From: Minutocellus sp. GHC0000111
Lineage: Eukaryota
Direction: 5' to 3'
Assembly: GCA_977018835.1 (NCBI GenBank)
Contig: OZ361261.1
Coordinates: forward strand, 1,116,001 to 1,180,000
Length of the DNA stretch: 64,000 bases
This document shows, piece after piece, positions 35,213-48,736 of this stretch; the first letter of the stretch is position 1, and each line of letters starts with the position of its first letter. The notes below the pieces were generated by a model. That model was not told the origin of the DNA and ran no database searches. It saw only the letters and a program-made list of their open reading frames with translations. A program made the translations under genes and the position numbers.

Positions 35213-37098
35213 ATGAAGTTCAACGTTTCAGCTCTCGCCATGGCGGCCGTCCTCTCGGCTGGCGCCACAAGCTCTACTTTGGCCTTTGTCCCATCACCTT
35301 CTTCCTCCAGCGCCAACCACCACCACCCATCACTGGCGGTATCTTCATCCTTTCACCGACCAGCCTTTGTTGCCTCGGAGCGATCGGAATTTGCCCTGCA
35401 TATGGTCGGCGGTGGCAAGGACGAAGAAGCTGAAAACAATCTCAACGAATACAAAAAGAAGATTAGCTCCAAGCGCATTACTGAAGCCAGTGGAAAGGGT
35501 GGCGAGGTGCGTTGATGCAACTTGACTTGCAAGTATTTTGCATCACCGATGTGCTTGCTCTTCAATAAACAAAATGCCTTTTCTCTTGACCTGCCCATCG
35601 CTCACAAAACCTCACCTTTCCAACGGTGCATTTCTCTTCTTGGCCTCATCTTTATCTCTCGCAGAAAATTGATGTGGCAATGAAGTTTGGTGGATCATCC
35701 ATTGCCAATGCCGATCGCGTTGATCACGTAACTCAGCTGATCAAGGATCAGATCGCAGCTGGATATCGTCTGAGGGCTGTGGTTTGCAGTGCCATGGGCA
35801 AAACGACCAATTCGCTCCTCGCGGCAGGTAATTTTGCTCTGGAGGGACGGGTCAATATCGACGCCATCCGGACTCTTCACATGGCTGCCATTGAGCAGGT
35901 CGACTTGCCCCAGCACGTACGTGATGAAGTCACGGCACTGTTGGACGAATGCCAAGATATGCTCCGTGGCGTCAGTCTTCTTCAAGAGCTGTCGCCCAAG
36001 TCCCTCGACCAGTTAGTGTCCTACGGTGAGCGTTGCTCCGTCCGCATTGTTGCTGCTCGTCTCAATCAGATCGGCGTCCCTGCTCAGGCCGTCGACTCCT
36101 GGGATGTGGGGATTATGACCGACTCCAACTTTGGTGATGCCAAGCTCCTTCCTGGGTATGAGAAGGCGGTTAAGGATGCCTTCTCCTCCAAAATTGATCC
36201 CAATGTGGTTGCAGTCGTTACGGGCTTCATTGGAAAGGATCCCAAGGGGCGCATCACCACTCTCGGTCGCGGAGGTTCCGATCTGAGTGCCACTGCGATT
36301 GGTGCCGCATGTGGTTTGGATGAGGTTCAGGTCTGGAAGGACGTCGATGGCATTCTCACTGCCGATCCGCGTCTCGTCAACAACGCCATCCCCGTCAAGG
36401 CAGTTTCGTACGAAGAAGCTGCTGAGCTGGCCTACTTTGGGGCTCAAGTTCTCCATCCCATTGCCATGCAGCCGGCGATGAAATGTGGCATTCCCGTTCG
36501 AGTTAAGAACTCGTACAATCCCAGCTCGGAAGGCAGTGTAATCAGCGAAAAGCACGACGACGATCGATTGGTGACTGCCATTACCTGCAAACGTGGTGTT
36601 CAGCTCCTCGATATCCATTCGACGCAAATGCTCGGCGCATACGGTTTCCTATCCACCGTCTTTGGTGATCTTGAAAAACACAAGCTTTCCGTGGACGTAC
36701 TTGCATCTTCCGAAGTTAGCGTTTCCCTTACATTCGATAAGAAGCAGCCTCAGGAGGACATCGACAATGCGATGAGAGATTTGGCACCGTACGCAAGTGC
36801 AACATTGCAAAAGGACCGAGCCATTCTCACTCTCATCGCCGACGTGGATCGATCATCCGAAGTTTTGGCCACTGTATTCCGGGTATTCAGTGCGCAGGAC
36901 ATCAAGGTCGAGATGATGAGCCAGGGTGCCAGTAAAGTGAATATCAGCTTCGTCCTTCGCAATGACCAGATCGATGATGCCATCTTGAATCTCCACTACT
37001 GTTTCTTTGAGGATCGATGCATTGTTGAACCTTATGCTGATGATGACATCAATGGAGAGGGAGCCTCGAAGAAGGAAACGCTTGTTGTCGAGAAGTAG
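35213..37098 (+). CDS. lysC: Plastid-targeted aspartate kinase; exons 35213-35506, 35665-37098
   Basis: MKFGGSS, TTLGRGGSD, WKDVDGILTADPR, two ACT domains; signal + AFVP leader. Confidence 0.95.
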
Positions 37099-37819
37099 AT
37101 CTATTGATTGGGTGAAGAGCGAGCTGGTGGTGGTGAATATCCATATTGAAAAAGCATTAGGAAGATTCCTACGATGGCATGGCATGGAAAGAAAGATTCA
37201 AAAGGTGGTTTGAACTTTTAATTTATTTTTACTCACTTGCAAACTGCAAAAGATACCGTTCTGTACCGGTATTTTATTATAAAATAGACTACATAAGACC
37301 AGAGCGACTGCCGATAGCGCTGCATGTGGTAGATCTCCGTGTGTACAGTAGATCTAGTGGGATGGTACTGACTGGATGCGTGTCGAGATCCTGGTGGTGA
37401 TTCGGACGGTCTCCCATTAGAGTTAAGTGGGTGAATGGGATTGCCGTTAAATAACTGCAGTGCGCAGTTTGATGGCGCCGACGACGACGCGACGACGACG
37501 ACACACGATACGACGCAGACGCCGATCGCTCGCGATGACCTCATCATCAGGCATCTTCTCGACATGGGCATGGCTGGGAAACAGCCTCATTGTGTTTGTA
37601 TTTTGCATGGTCCACGAAAAGGTTAACCAGAGGCATCATTCTAGCATTATTTTGACCCTTTGTGTGTGACAAAATTGAATTCTCTGAACCAGCACAAAGC
37701 AGCATCGAACCCCGAAGCGAATGACCCTCGCGTCGCGTCGGAATCGAGTGAGAATAATAGACCCCAGCAAATTTCCCGTTCCATCTCACAAAGAGAATAT
37801 ATAGTACGCAAATAACACG

Positions 37820-39772
37820 ATGACCATCCCATCGGGAATCGCCAGATCGCCCCGTCGCCGAGGGGCGGCGCATCCAACGCCCAGGCTCGATGCCTGGACA
37901 CGGCGCCTCACTCATGGCTTGGTGCTCACGGCGATAGCAATGGGATTGCTCTACTTAAGCGGCGTCGAGGATCGCAGCCTGGAGAGGGCAGTCGAGCGCA
38001 GTGCTCGGGAGCACGACAGTCACGTTCAGCAGGATTCTGACAGCGGCACAACCAGTGGCGCGTCTGGATTACGGGGCACGTCTACTGTAAACGTGAAGGC
38101 AGCGGCACTTTTAGATTCGGCGCCTGACGGTAGCTCTGATGATACTGGTACTTATGATGACTTTGACGATGCCAACTCACCAGCTGTTGATCCAGAGGGT
38201 CAGCTGCGGGACGAATTCAAGCAAGAAGTCGCGCAGGCTGGGATGGATGAGCTCAAAAGCTTTCTCAAGGCGGGAGATGCCGACCCCAGCGAGAGTCTGG
38301 ACGAGAAAGAAGAGGGGGAGGCGGAGCCCAGCGAGAGTCTAGACGAGGAAGAGGAGGAGGACGACGACGAGGAAGAGGAGGAGGACGACGACGAGGAAGA
38401 AGACGACGACAACGAGGAATCCAACAGTGAAGAGACAAAAGTCGACCAAAATGCCGAATCAGACGACGATGGCTCGGATGATGCAGCAGCTGCTGAGGGC
38501 AGCGGAAAAAGGGCACCAAAAGATACTACTGCTAGCGGTGATGATGATGACAAGGAAGAAGTCGAAATCGGATCCGAAGATGAGGAGGAGGAGAAAGGTA
38601 CCGTGAGTAAGATTGTTGAACAGGTAGCGGATGCTGTCAAACCACTGATCGGTGGTGACGAATCGGCGTCGGAGGATGCTACTATCGCATCTGATGCTGG
38701 GAAGACCAAAATCGCTGATAAGAGTGAGGAGGGCGACAAGTCAGAGACTGGCGAATCTGACAACGAAAACGACGACCAAGGTGATACCCGCAAGGCAGAT
38801 GGTGGCAACTCATCAGAGGAAGGAACAGCTGTAAAGAAAGGAGTGCCTTCCGCTACAACGACAAAGACTTCAACAGCCAAAACCGCAACCAAAATCGTGG
38901 CAACGGAGGATGATAATGATGCTGATGCAACAACTCCTGATGATAATGACGGCGTCGGGAAGGATGACACAGATATCGTTGAAAAGATAGTTGAGAAGGC
39001 ATCGAGTGTTGTGAAGAATATTGTTGGCGATGGCAAAGAGTCCAACGATGTGGTCGTAAAGAAGAAGGTTTCAACAGACGAAGATGAAGGCGGTGGCACC
39101 ACAAAAAACAATGAGGCGGACCCAAATAATTCCGACGATGACGGTGACGATGGGGGCGGTAAAGCCGTTGCAGAGACCAAGAAAGAAGGCGCCGATGCAA
39201 ACAAATCAACCGTTTCTACAACAAAGAAGAAGAAAGTCAAGGTTGTGGCGGAGCTAGTTGCCGATTCGGTTGTCGCAACGTCAAATGCCACGCAGGCGGC
39301 AAAAGCGACCGCCGAGGAAGCCAATGCTGGAGACCAAGGAACTGTGGTCGATAAGATTGCTGAGAAGATTTCGGAAGCTGATGCGGTCCTGGAGAAGGCG
39401 GCCGATGCTGTAAAAAAGGTTGTGGTCGGGGGGGATGCTTCGCCGAGCGAGAATGATGGCAAAGATACGACACAGCTAGATGAGGCTAAAAAGAAGGACT
39501 CTCCAGACAACGAGGCCTCCGAGAGCAAGGAAATCGATGATCACACAGATGGTGCAGCATCTGATGCTAAAGAGCAAGAGGATAAAGAGGGCAATAGTGA
39601 TGAAGATGTTGAAAGCGCAGAGACGGCGACGGCGCCAAGCCAAAAAAGAGTTGAGGCCGAAGGAGAGAAGAACACTGTCTCGGTGAAGAGACGAGATGGG
39701 ACGGCGAAAGAGGTCAATGCCGAAGACATTGGAAATACTGAGACCAAAAAGGTTACAGCAGTTGTTCCATGA
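37820..39772 (+). CDS. Very acidic low-complexity type II membrane protein
   Basis: 650-codon ORF with one N-proximal TM, poly-E/D tracts and repeated V.KI.E..A.AVK motif. Confidence 0.7.
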   Translation: MTIPSGIARSPRRRGAAHPTPRLDAWTRRLTHGLVLTAIAMGLLYLSGVEDRSLERAVERSAREHDSHVQQDSDSGTTSGASGLRGTSTVNVKAAALLDSAPDGSSDDTGTYDDFDDANSPAVDPEGQLRDEFKQEVAQAGMDELKSFLKAGDADPSESLDEKEEGEAEPSESLDEEEEEDDDEEEEEDDDEEEDDDNEESNSEETKVDQNAESDDDGSDDAAAAEGSGKRAPKDTTASGDDDDKEEVEIGSEDEEEEKGTVSKIVEQVADAVKPLIGGDESASEDATIASDAGKTKIADKSEEGDKSETGESDNENDDQGDTRKADGGNSSEEGTAVKKGVPSATTTKTSTAKTATKIVATEDDNDADATTPDDNDGVGKDDTDIVEKIVEKASSVVKNIVGDGKESNDVVVKKKVSTDEDEGGGTTKNNEADPNNSDDDGDDGGGKAVAETKKEGADANKSTVSTTKKKKVKVVAELVADSVVATSNATQAAKATAEEANAGDQGTVVDKIAEKISEADAVLEKAADAVKKVVVGGDASPSENDGKDTTQLDEAKKKDSPDNEASESKEIDDHTDGAASDAKEQEDKEGNSDEDVESAETATAPSQKRVEAEGEKNTVSVKRRDGTAKEVNAEDIGNTETKKVTAVVP

Positions 39773-39912
39773 GCATTGTGGGAGGCTGAAATTTGTATAG
39801 AATTCTAACGTTCATGTTAAAACCACATCCTTTCTGTAAAATTAATGCAATAGAAAGGTTTTATGATAAAACCGTTTCAGATTCATTCCGCGAGTTCATC
39901 AATATTTATATA

Positions 39913-40392
39913 TGTTAGTCCCATAATGCGCACTGTCCCAGTTCGCGAACTGGGATCCCAGTTTGCGAACTGAGATTCATTTATCCCAGTTTGCGCACTG
40001 GGCCCCAGTTCCCAAACTAGGATCCCAGTTTGCGCACTGATACTACCAGAATGTAAACTGAGATAAATATGCTAATCCGAATATGGGAACCAGACGAGTT
40101 CGCGAACTGGAACAATAACGGGTGTTCTCGGCAAGTGCCAGAATGGTAACTGCCGCGCCGGTGTTGGCTCATGCACAACGACTATTTTGTACATGTACTG
40201 GTAGATCTATCTACAATACAAGTTGCACTGTGCATCACATCTTGAATTTGCAAATTAAAAAATGAAGCGAGGAGAAGCAAAGGCGATATCATCCTTGCAA
40301 AATATTCATTATTTCTCGATCGATCCCAGTTTGCAAACTGAGATTGTGCCTGTGATCCCAGTTTCCAAACAGTGCGCATTTTGGGACTAACA
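39913..40392. mobile_element. Non-autonomous DNA transposon (MITE) with TGT..ACA termini and subterminal palindromic repeats
   Basis: TIR TGTTAGTCCCA(T/A)AATGCGCACTGT at both ends (1 mismatch), TATA on both flanks; about eight variants of CCCAGTTTGCGAACTGGG inside. Confidence 0.8.
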
Positions 40393-40791
40393 TATAGATA
40401 AAACCAAGCTTTGCTCCCAGCGGGATGGTCTGTTCGTCGTTGGTAGCTCGCTGGGATTTGACCGTTGGGATTCGTTCCAACGATCACCTAACTCGCCTAC
40501 TAATGACATTCTTTGCTGATTTGTGATATAGATATATATGAATTAGTAGTTACATACGTGTACTGGTATCTTATCTCATTAGATATATATAGATATAGTT
40601 ATTATTATATTACAAATCAGCATTTGTTGCGTTTTATCTTGGGTATCTCTATCTAGATTATTTATATTCTGTGCATATACGGTTGTTATTATGAGATATT
40701 CTTCGCATGCCCCCAACGTTCTCTGTGCAGAACGCCTTTGCAATTTAATTGAATTTATCACCAGCAGCACTATGCCTTGGTTTGAGTTATC

Positions 40792-41952
40792 TCAAACTTC
40801 AGAAATTGGCATGGCGCCGTTACTCGGCAATCCATCGTTGTCGGAGCTCGGGGTTGCTTTCTTGCTATCGTTGGTAGGTGTATTGATGTTCGAAAGGTGG
40901 GCCACAAGCGTTTCGTATACCCCGGCAACAAAGCCATCGACTTTTTCGGGCCCAATTATCTTGCGTCCCTTTGCCGTTGGTTCGGTTGCCACTGGCGTCT
41001 CGTTCTCGTCGGTTTCGTCCCCCTCCAAATAAGATGGCGTCGGGGTAATCGTGTAGGAAAACGAGGTACTGAAAAATGAGCCGTCGCAAGATGATTCTTC
41101 CGCCTCGTCTTCGAATCGCTCAATGTCGGAGATGGTGTAAAATAAAGCACTGACATCATCAGGATCGATACGAGGACGCTCCCGGACCTCGGAAACAATG
41201 ACCTTGGCAAATTGCACTCTACTCTTCTTCTCCTTCTTCTTTTGAGAACTCGCAGCACTCTCATTTGATTCGGAGCTGCATGAGAGCTTAATGAGTACAT
41301 TAGCGACTTCTGCCTTGACTTGTTCGATGGATGACATTGAATACGCTGCGGGCACATACTCGTTGCCTTGCTCTTCTGAACTTTCTGCAGCTTCCTCGGC
41401 GGACTCATGGCTGAGTTTGTCCTGTGAGGCAGCGTCATCTTCTCCATTAGACTCTATGGAGACGAGTTCCTGGGTAACTGAAACAACCGATTCCGCACAC
41501 GTCTCTTGTGAGGTTTCAATGGTCATATCCGAAGTGTCCGATGCGATGTGCTTCATGATAATAACCTCATCTTGCTTGACGACGGGAAGTGGAGATCCGG
41601 GGATGGATTGACAATCGGCGGCTACTGTAGATTTGTAACCACCATCTTCGCCAATTTCGATGACAGCAGACATGCGCCTAGTGATGATTCCGTACTGAAC
41701 GTAATTGCATTCTTCTCTCCCTTCGGTGGTGGTTGTATCTTCTCTTTGGTCTTCCCTGTTGCTCTCGCTCTCTTGCATCTCTTCTTCTGACGAATATGAT
41801 GATGCGGCCGCATTCTTTTCTCCTTGACCTCCGTACAGCCTGTTCTTCCAAAGAGTCATTGTCGTCTTGGCGGCATCAGAAACGTCTCGAAGCATTGCCT
41901 TGGCGCTCGGTGAAGGGGGGATTGGTATTCCTGGGAGCTCTTCGATGGTCAT
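40792..41952 (-). CDS. Hypothetical Ser/Glu-rich protein
   Basis: Long ORF; KSRVQF..V.EV.ERPR....LFYT..DI.RF segment. Confidence 0.6.
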   Translation of the reverse strand: MTIEELPGIPIPPSPSAKAMLRDVSDAAKTTMTLWKNRLYGGQGEKNAAASSYSSEEEMQESESNREDQREDTTTTEGREECNYVQYGIITRRMSAVIEIGEDGGYKSTVAADCQSIPGSPLPVVKQDEVIIMKHIASDTSDMTIETSQETCAESVVSVTQELVSIESNGEDDAASQDKLSHESAEEAAESSEEQGNEYVPAAYSMSSIEQVKAEVANVLIKLSCSSESNESAASSQKKKEKKSRVQFAKVIVSEVRERPRIDPDDVSALFYTISDIERFEDEAEESSCDGSFFSTSFSYTITPTPSYLEGDETDENETPVATEPTAKGRKIIGPEKVDGFVAGVYETLVAHLSNINTPTNDSKKATPSSDNDGLPSNGAMPISEV

Positions 41953-42347
41953 GTTGGCGAAGTGGAGGATTTGGTGGAGTGGACTCCTCTCCGACTGTGT
42001 CGTCATTGCCAGGCGTAAGTCTACTCTTGCACAAAAGACAGCACAAGCGATCGGCGCCACTCGGAATGTGCAAGTGGAATAACTATCGCCGCCTTTCTAC
42101 TGGGCTTTTGAATGATAAAACGCAGCAGAACAAGCACGTGATAGGTTTTGGTGGTGTCCATCTCCTCAGTATCGCCGATTCCGCCATTGGCGGACGGCAG
42201 AAAAGCGCGGCCAGCTTTGTTTCGCACTCTTCTATGTGAACGTCTTTTCTTCGTACGTATAGCTAGTGACGTGCCGATTGAGTTTCGGCACCGGACTGCA
42301 ACTTGCGCTCCCATGCCCACCTCCCACATCTCAGTAGAAGAACGACG

Positions 42348-43959
42348 ATGAACCTCAAGACGGCCATCGCATCCCTCCTCGTCTGCACGGCGGCCTGCTT
42401 GAATGGGGTAGAGGGCTTCAACGTCCCCTCGGGCTCGGCGGTGGGATCGGTCCGAACGGTGGAGACCACCACCACCAGCAGCGGTATCACTTACTCGAAC
42501 CTTTTGGCTCAGATTGACGATGCCAACCCGTACGCGCAGAATTTGAAGAGCAAGCTCAGTATGGTGGCCGGCGGGGCACAGGCTGAGGAATATTATGAGG
42601 GTGAGTTCGATAGTCGGTGAATATAAGGGGACGTGGCGGTTGCAGTATGGGTGATAATGGAGAGAAGAAGAGATTTCCTTTTGAGCACGCGTGGTCGGGA
42701 TGATGGGTCTGGCTTTCGCAGAGGAGAGGAATTCGTTGGGGACCGCCGATAATTTCTATATTCCTTTGCCTGGATACATCGGCCATAAAAGCAGAAGTGC
42801 TATAATTCCACACCAGTAAACCCCGGGTGAAGTATTGAGAAGTGATTGACGGAAATGAACAATCCGGACGCCGCAGGGAGGATGTGTGAGCAACACAGCT
42901 TCCACGTCGAAAGATACGCAAATACCTCGAGATCTGTCTTTAAGACAGATCGTCCTCGACATCGGCCGGGATTGGATTAGATGAGGCAGAATCATTGACA
43001 TTTTCTGTTAGACCGCGTTGGTGCAGCTAGATTCCTTTGCGTCCGGGGGGAGGGGATCACCAGGCTTTGGTTTGTCGGGCTGGGGACGAGAAAGCTCAGG
43101 AGAAATGCAGGCGAGAAAGCTCAGGAGAAATGCAGGCATCCAAGAAGTACTATGCGTGACCACATATATCAGGGCAGGCATCGAAGGACCGCGCTGTCCA
43201 TGCATTTTTTCATTTGGCCCCATATGCGGACCAATAAAGCCCTCTTCCTCCGCCTTTTGTCCTGAGATAAGCAAAATTCGTCAAACAGTGAACTCACCCT
43301 TCCCTTCATAATTTTTCTTTTTTTTCTTTCCTTTAGGTGTCCGCATCGGCCCCCCTCCTGATCTCCCGTCCCTCTTGCTGCACAATCGCATCGTTTACAT
43401 TGGTATGCCTCTTGTTCCTGCCGTTACCGAGCTTGTGATTGCTGAGCTTCTCTATCTGAATTATGAGTCGACATCTGACCCCATCACCATGTACATCAAC
43501 TCGTCGGGAACCACGACGGCCACTGGTCAATCCGTTGGCTTCGAGACCGAGGCCTTTGCCATTGCCGATGTTATGAAGTACGTTCGACCTCCCGTCCACA
43601 CTGTCGCCCTTGGCCAGGCGTTCGGTGCCGCAGCCATGCTTCTCGCACAGGGTAAGAGAGGTCGTCGATCGGCTCTTCCCAATGCCACGATCCTCCTCAA
43701 CCAGCCCAAGTCGATGGCCCGGGGACAGGCCTCCGATATTGCCATCAAGGCCAGGGAGGTCCAGGCCAACCGTCGGACCATGTGCGAGCTCCTTGCCAGT
43801 GCTTGCCAGAAGCCCGTCAATGTTGTGGAGAAGGATTGCCAACGAGTCAAGTACCTGCAGCCTCATGAGGCCGTTGAGTATGGCCTCATCGACCGAGTAT
43901 TGGAGAACGAGAAGAGCCTTCCCGTCAAGCCATCCTTCATCTCCCAGCTGAACCAGTAG
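42348..43959 (+). CDS. clpR: Plastid ClpR (non-catalytic ClpP-like subunit); exons 42348-42601, 43337-43959
   Basis: PPPDLPSLLLHNRIVYIGMPL; catalytic Ser position reads G (QAFGAAAM) and His reads N (LLNQP); signal + GF leader. Confidence 0.88.
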
Positions 43960-44125
43960 GTCTAGATTTTTCAAAGTATATAATTAAAGCATTGAATGTA
44001 AATACGGACAAGAAGTATCTTTGTCTGGCTAGAGGTATGTTTGATAATTTTTCGTTATGATGGCTGGATGTAACTCAAGCGACACAACCCAACATTGTCA
44101 ATTCTTCATCCAATCTATTATGTTT

Positions 44126-44539
44126 CTATATTCTTTGTTTGGTTCTTCTTCTTTGGCCTCGAAATAGATGCATCGGCTTCTGTTCGCTTCTTCGGCGGCG
44201 TTTCAATGCTGCCGATGGTGGTATGGTCCTGCCATGCCTTCGAAAGTTGGAAACGTGGACATGCCTCTCAGCCACATCCAGCAATATTGCCAAAGCAAGC
44301 ATAAGTGCAAGGACGATTCCGACCACCAAACGAGTTGAAGTCCGTCGTTTAGATACGTTTATTCGCCTATTACCGACAAATGACAATGCACCTTCATCAT
44401 TGGATGTGTTGCCGATGTGGCTGTCAGGAGCAGCACTCGAAGCGGAAAGAAGACTGACTTCATCTTCGACATGGCAACTCTTGTGCACATTTTGGCCGTG
44501 ATCACCATACAGAGCGGATTCATACAGATGCTGCACCAA
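44126..44539 (-). CDS. Small hypothetical single-TM protein
   Basis: EVSLL motif, TM LVVGIVLALMLALAILL, basic tail. Confidence 0.4.
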   Translation of the reverse strand: MVQHLYESALYGDHGQNVHKSCHVEDEVSLLSASSAAPDSHIGNTSNDEGALSFVGNRRINVSKRRTSTRLVVGIVLALMLALAILLDVAERHVHVSNFRRHGRTIPPSAALKRRRRSEQKPMHLFRGQRRRTKQRI

Positions 44540-44861
44540 CATTTTACGTCGTGCTGTCACGTGCTGATTGTTCTGCTGCTCGCTCTACTGTCAATCGCGT
44601 CTTTGGCGGTGGTTCTTGCAAAGTGGCGCAAAGTTGGAAATTGGGTGGTAGAGTGCTTCGCATCTCCTTCTTGCTTCTCGCTTTGGGCTGGTTGCAGTTT
44701 TTGACCAAAAATTGTCGATGGCGTGGCGGGCGCATCTATGGCGGGCGCGGCGCGCAATTTTTGGTGATGATTCAAACCAAACGCAGTGGAGAGCTCATTC
44801 TCCCGCCATTTTTGATAGCTTGATATTACTTCTACCAACCCCCCACCTCTCTTTTCCAACC

Positions 44862-46226
<1,365 letters not shown>

Positions 46227-46902
46227 GCGCGTTTTGCTTGTTGTGGCAATGAATAAATCACGGAGGCCAACCGGACACTGGACGAGTTGGGTCTGGTCGG
46301 AGTCAATATATTCTGCAGTTGCTTGGTTTGAAACGCAATTGGCTCCATTGCTCTGGCCAACAATTCCTTTTTTCAACGGTGCCAAACAAGAAGTATACAT
46401 ACATCAAAACATGCAAAATTTCATCATTATTATTTGGGGACCTTGATGATTACGCTGGAGTTGGCGGATCTGAAGGGACAACGACTGCAGCAATTAAGAT
46501 TTTTCTAGAAGAATAGCAAATTGTAACACAATATTTCAACATACAGCTGTACGAGTTCGTACTCGCAATATTTCAACATACAGCCAGTCACTGTTGGCGG
46601 CGAGGAGCGAGAGTACTCTACCTGACCTGCCCGTCCGCTTTGGCGACACGTGTGCAATATTAGAGAGCCTAACGAGAGAGAATCGTAATATTCCTAACTT
46701 TAATTTTCTTGAATGTGACCTTTCCATCGCTTCCCTTCGCCTCGAAATTATTATTTGTGACCGGCCGAGAGACCGCCAATTTGTGTGGGCCAAAATATTT
46801 TTTAATAAACAAGCGACCCATAGGCCATGTCTTCCACTGGCAAAGGTTGGGCTTGAATTACTCCGTGCATGCGTGATGTTAATTGTAAGGCTAAGTGAAG
46901 GC

Positions 46903-48167
46903 TTAAGGAGACATGGCAACCGGAGGCTGCAGATCAACGTCGTCCTCGTCCTCGTAGAAATAGTCCTGAGGGAGAGGAATGACGTAGCGGCTGGGCACAC
47001 GACGGTGGGGAGTGCGGCCGTGCTCGTCCTCGTCGTCCTCGAATTTGAGGATGAGCTCCTTGATCATCGGGGTGTTGGTGCCCGACTGGATCTTCCACAC
47101 GGGGGTCTTGCTCACGACGGCGCGGTAGAAGGACGTGGTCTCGGGGAAGATGGCCATGACACGAGCACCGCGGTCGAAACATCCCTCGTTGCCCATGGAG
47201 AGGCGCATGACATGATTCCAGGGAAGGCGGATAAGCTTGGAGGTGTCGTCCTCGTCCTGAACGTCGTAGGTTTCGGTGTCGGTGTAGAAACGCTGGACGT
47301 TGGCAAGGATCCAGGAACCATTCTCGTCGGTTCGGGTGACCTTGGCGGCGACCTGCTCGTTGGGACGGGCGGCAATCTTGGACCTGCGGCGCTTGCGCAT
47401 GAGGTGGGTCGGGGCCATGCCGTCGAAGTGGGCCGTATTGCGGGCGTAGTCGGCCGCGGTGGAGCGGGCACAGCCCTTCGGGGCCGGGGGAGCGGGGGTG
47501 ACGGTACTCGCGATGCCGCCAGCAGCGGGGGCTCCGGGCGCACCGGGGGGGACAGATCCAGCCGCGCGAGCCGCCGCCGCAACACGGGCCTCACCAAGAT
47601 CCTGACCGGCCGAAAGACGGGAGAGGAAGCCGCCGATGACCTGTTCCTCATCGACCTCCATGGACTCAAAATGCCGGGCAACAGCGACGGCCAGTTCGGA
47701 GGGTGGGGCCTCGTTGCGGGTAGGAACACCTGGTTGATTAGGATACGAAAAGAGGTAGAATAAATGAGGATTTGGGTTCGGAGAGATTTTGGGAGAAATA
47801 ATATCATATATGCGTGAGGCGAGGATATCGGTCAATGCTCACAAAGGAAGCAAGGGGCGGGAAGTTGAAGTGGCCAGCGGAAACCAGCCGAACATTAGAT
47901 GTGCTGGTTTCAAGGATGAACAAAGTCCACCAAATGCAACCACCGTCGCATACACTCGAAAGCTAAAATTAAAAACCACACCTTCAGTATTAGCAATCTT
48001 TTGGTGGATTACACAATGAACGCACCGTGATGGTCGATGTAGGACATGAGGGTGAGGCCAGCCAATTTGCGGAAGTCGATGCCGACGCCTCGGGGATACG
48101 AGCGGGAGTGCGTCGACTTGGCCTGGTTGCGCGGCCGGCCGGTCTTGATGGCGGACTGCATGCTCAT
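46903..48167 (-). CDS. SGF29-like tandem-Tudor protein with N-terminal SAP30 Sin3-binding-like domain; exons 48167-48026, 47729-46903
   Basis: QVAAK..WILANV..YDVQDED..VMAIFPETTSFYRAVV..LKFEDDE (SGF29 Tudor); IDFRKL..TLMSY..ELAVAVARHF..VDEEQVIGGF (SAP30-like). Confidence 0.82.
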
Positions 48168-48477
48168 GGCTGTTGACTAGATCTATTTCTTGTGGTGGTG
48201 ACGTAGTAGCAGTTCAGCCGATACAGCGGGACGGGATGTGCTCCGCCGTTGCGTTGCTTGTTTCGTACTATGGAGTACACGCTACCGGGCATGGGGACTT
48301 GGGGACCGCTCATCAGAGGGATTTCAAAAGAGGGGATTCCCTACTACGTAGCTAGCAACGTACGTACCGGCCGGTTGGGGCAAAGCACAGAACAGTTGCC
48401 ACCAGCAAGGGTCCGATAGAGTGTTGACCTGTTGGCCTTGCTTTCGCCGGGGCCGGATTGCCCCACACCTACCGGTA

Positions 48478-48736
48478 GAGAGCGAGGAGATAGGTGACAT
48501 GGATCGGCGAGGCGAAAATGTATGGTTCCAGACATTATCGTCTACAACTACATCAGTTCTGACAAGCCTCTTCGAGCAGGTCGAAATTGTAGCAACGCTC
48601 CAGCCATCTTCGAGACGAAGACGATGTCAGCTTGCCCAACCCGATACAACCTTCGTCATCAGAAGGCGATGGAATCTCGCTCTATTGGTATCAAATCTGA
48701 GTATGTCCGGAAGGTGGAGGAAATCGATGTAATATG
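48478..48736 (+). mobile_element. Relic of the restriction-like endonuclease region of a CRE-like non-LTR retrotransposon
   Basis: VPDI..AIFETKT..TRY..KAMESRS..IKSEY.RK...D resembles the PD..(D/E)xK RLE C-terminus; no RT nearby. Confidence 0.45.

Noticed and set aside
39937..40112. CRISPR-like array of palindromic repeats
   Set aside because: Spacers are mostly 1-10 nt and irregular, there are no cas genes, and the repeats lie inside TIRs in a eukaryotic context
42348..43959. Degenerate clpP pseudogene
   Set aside because: Loss of the catalytic Ser and His is normal for ClpR subunits, and the frame is intact
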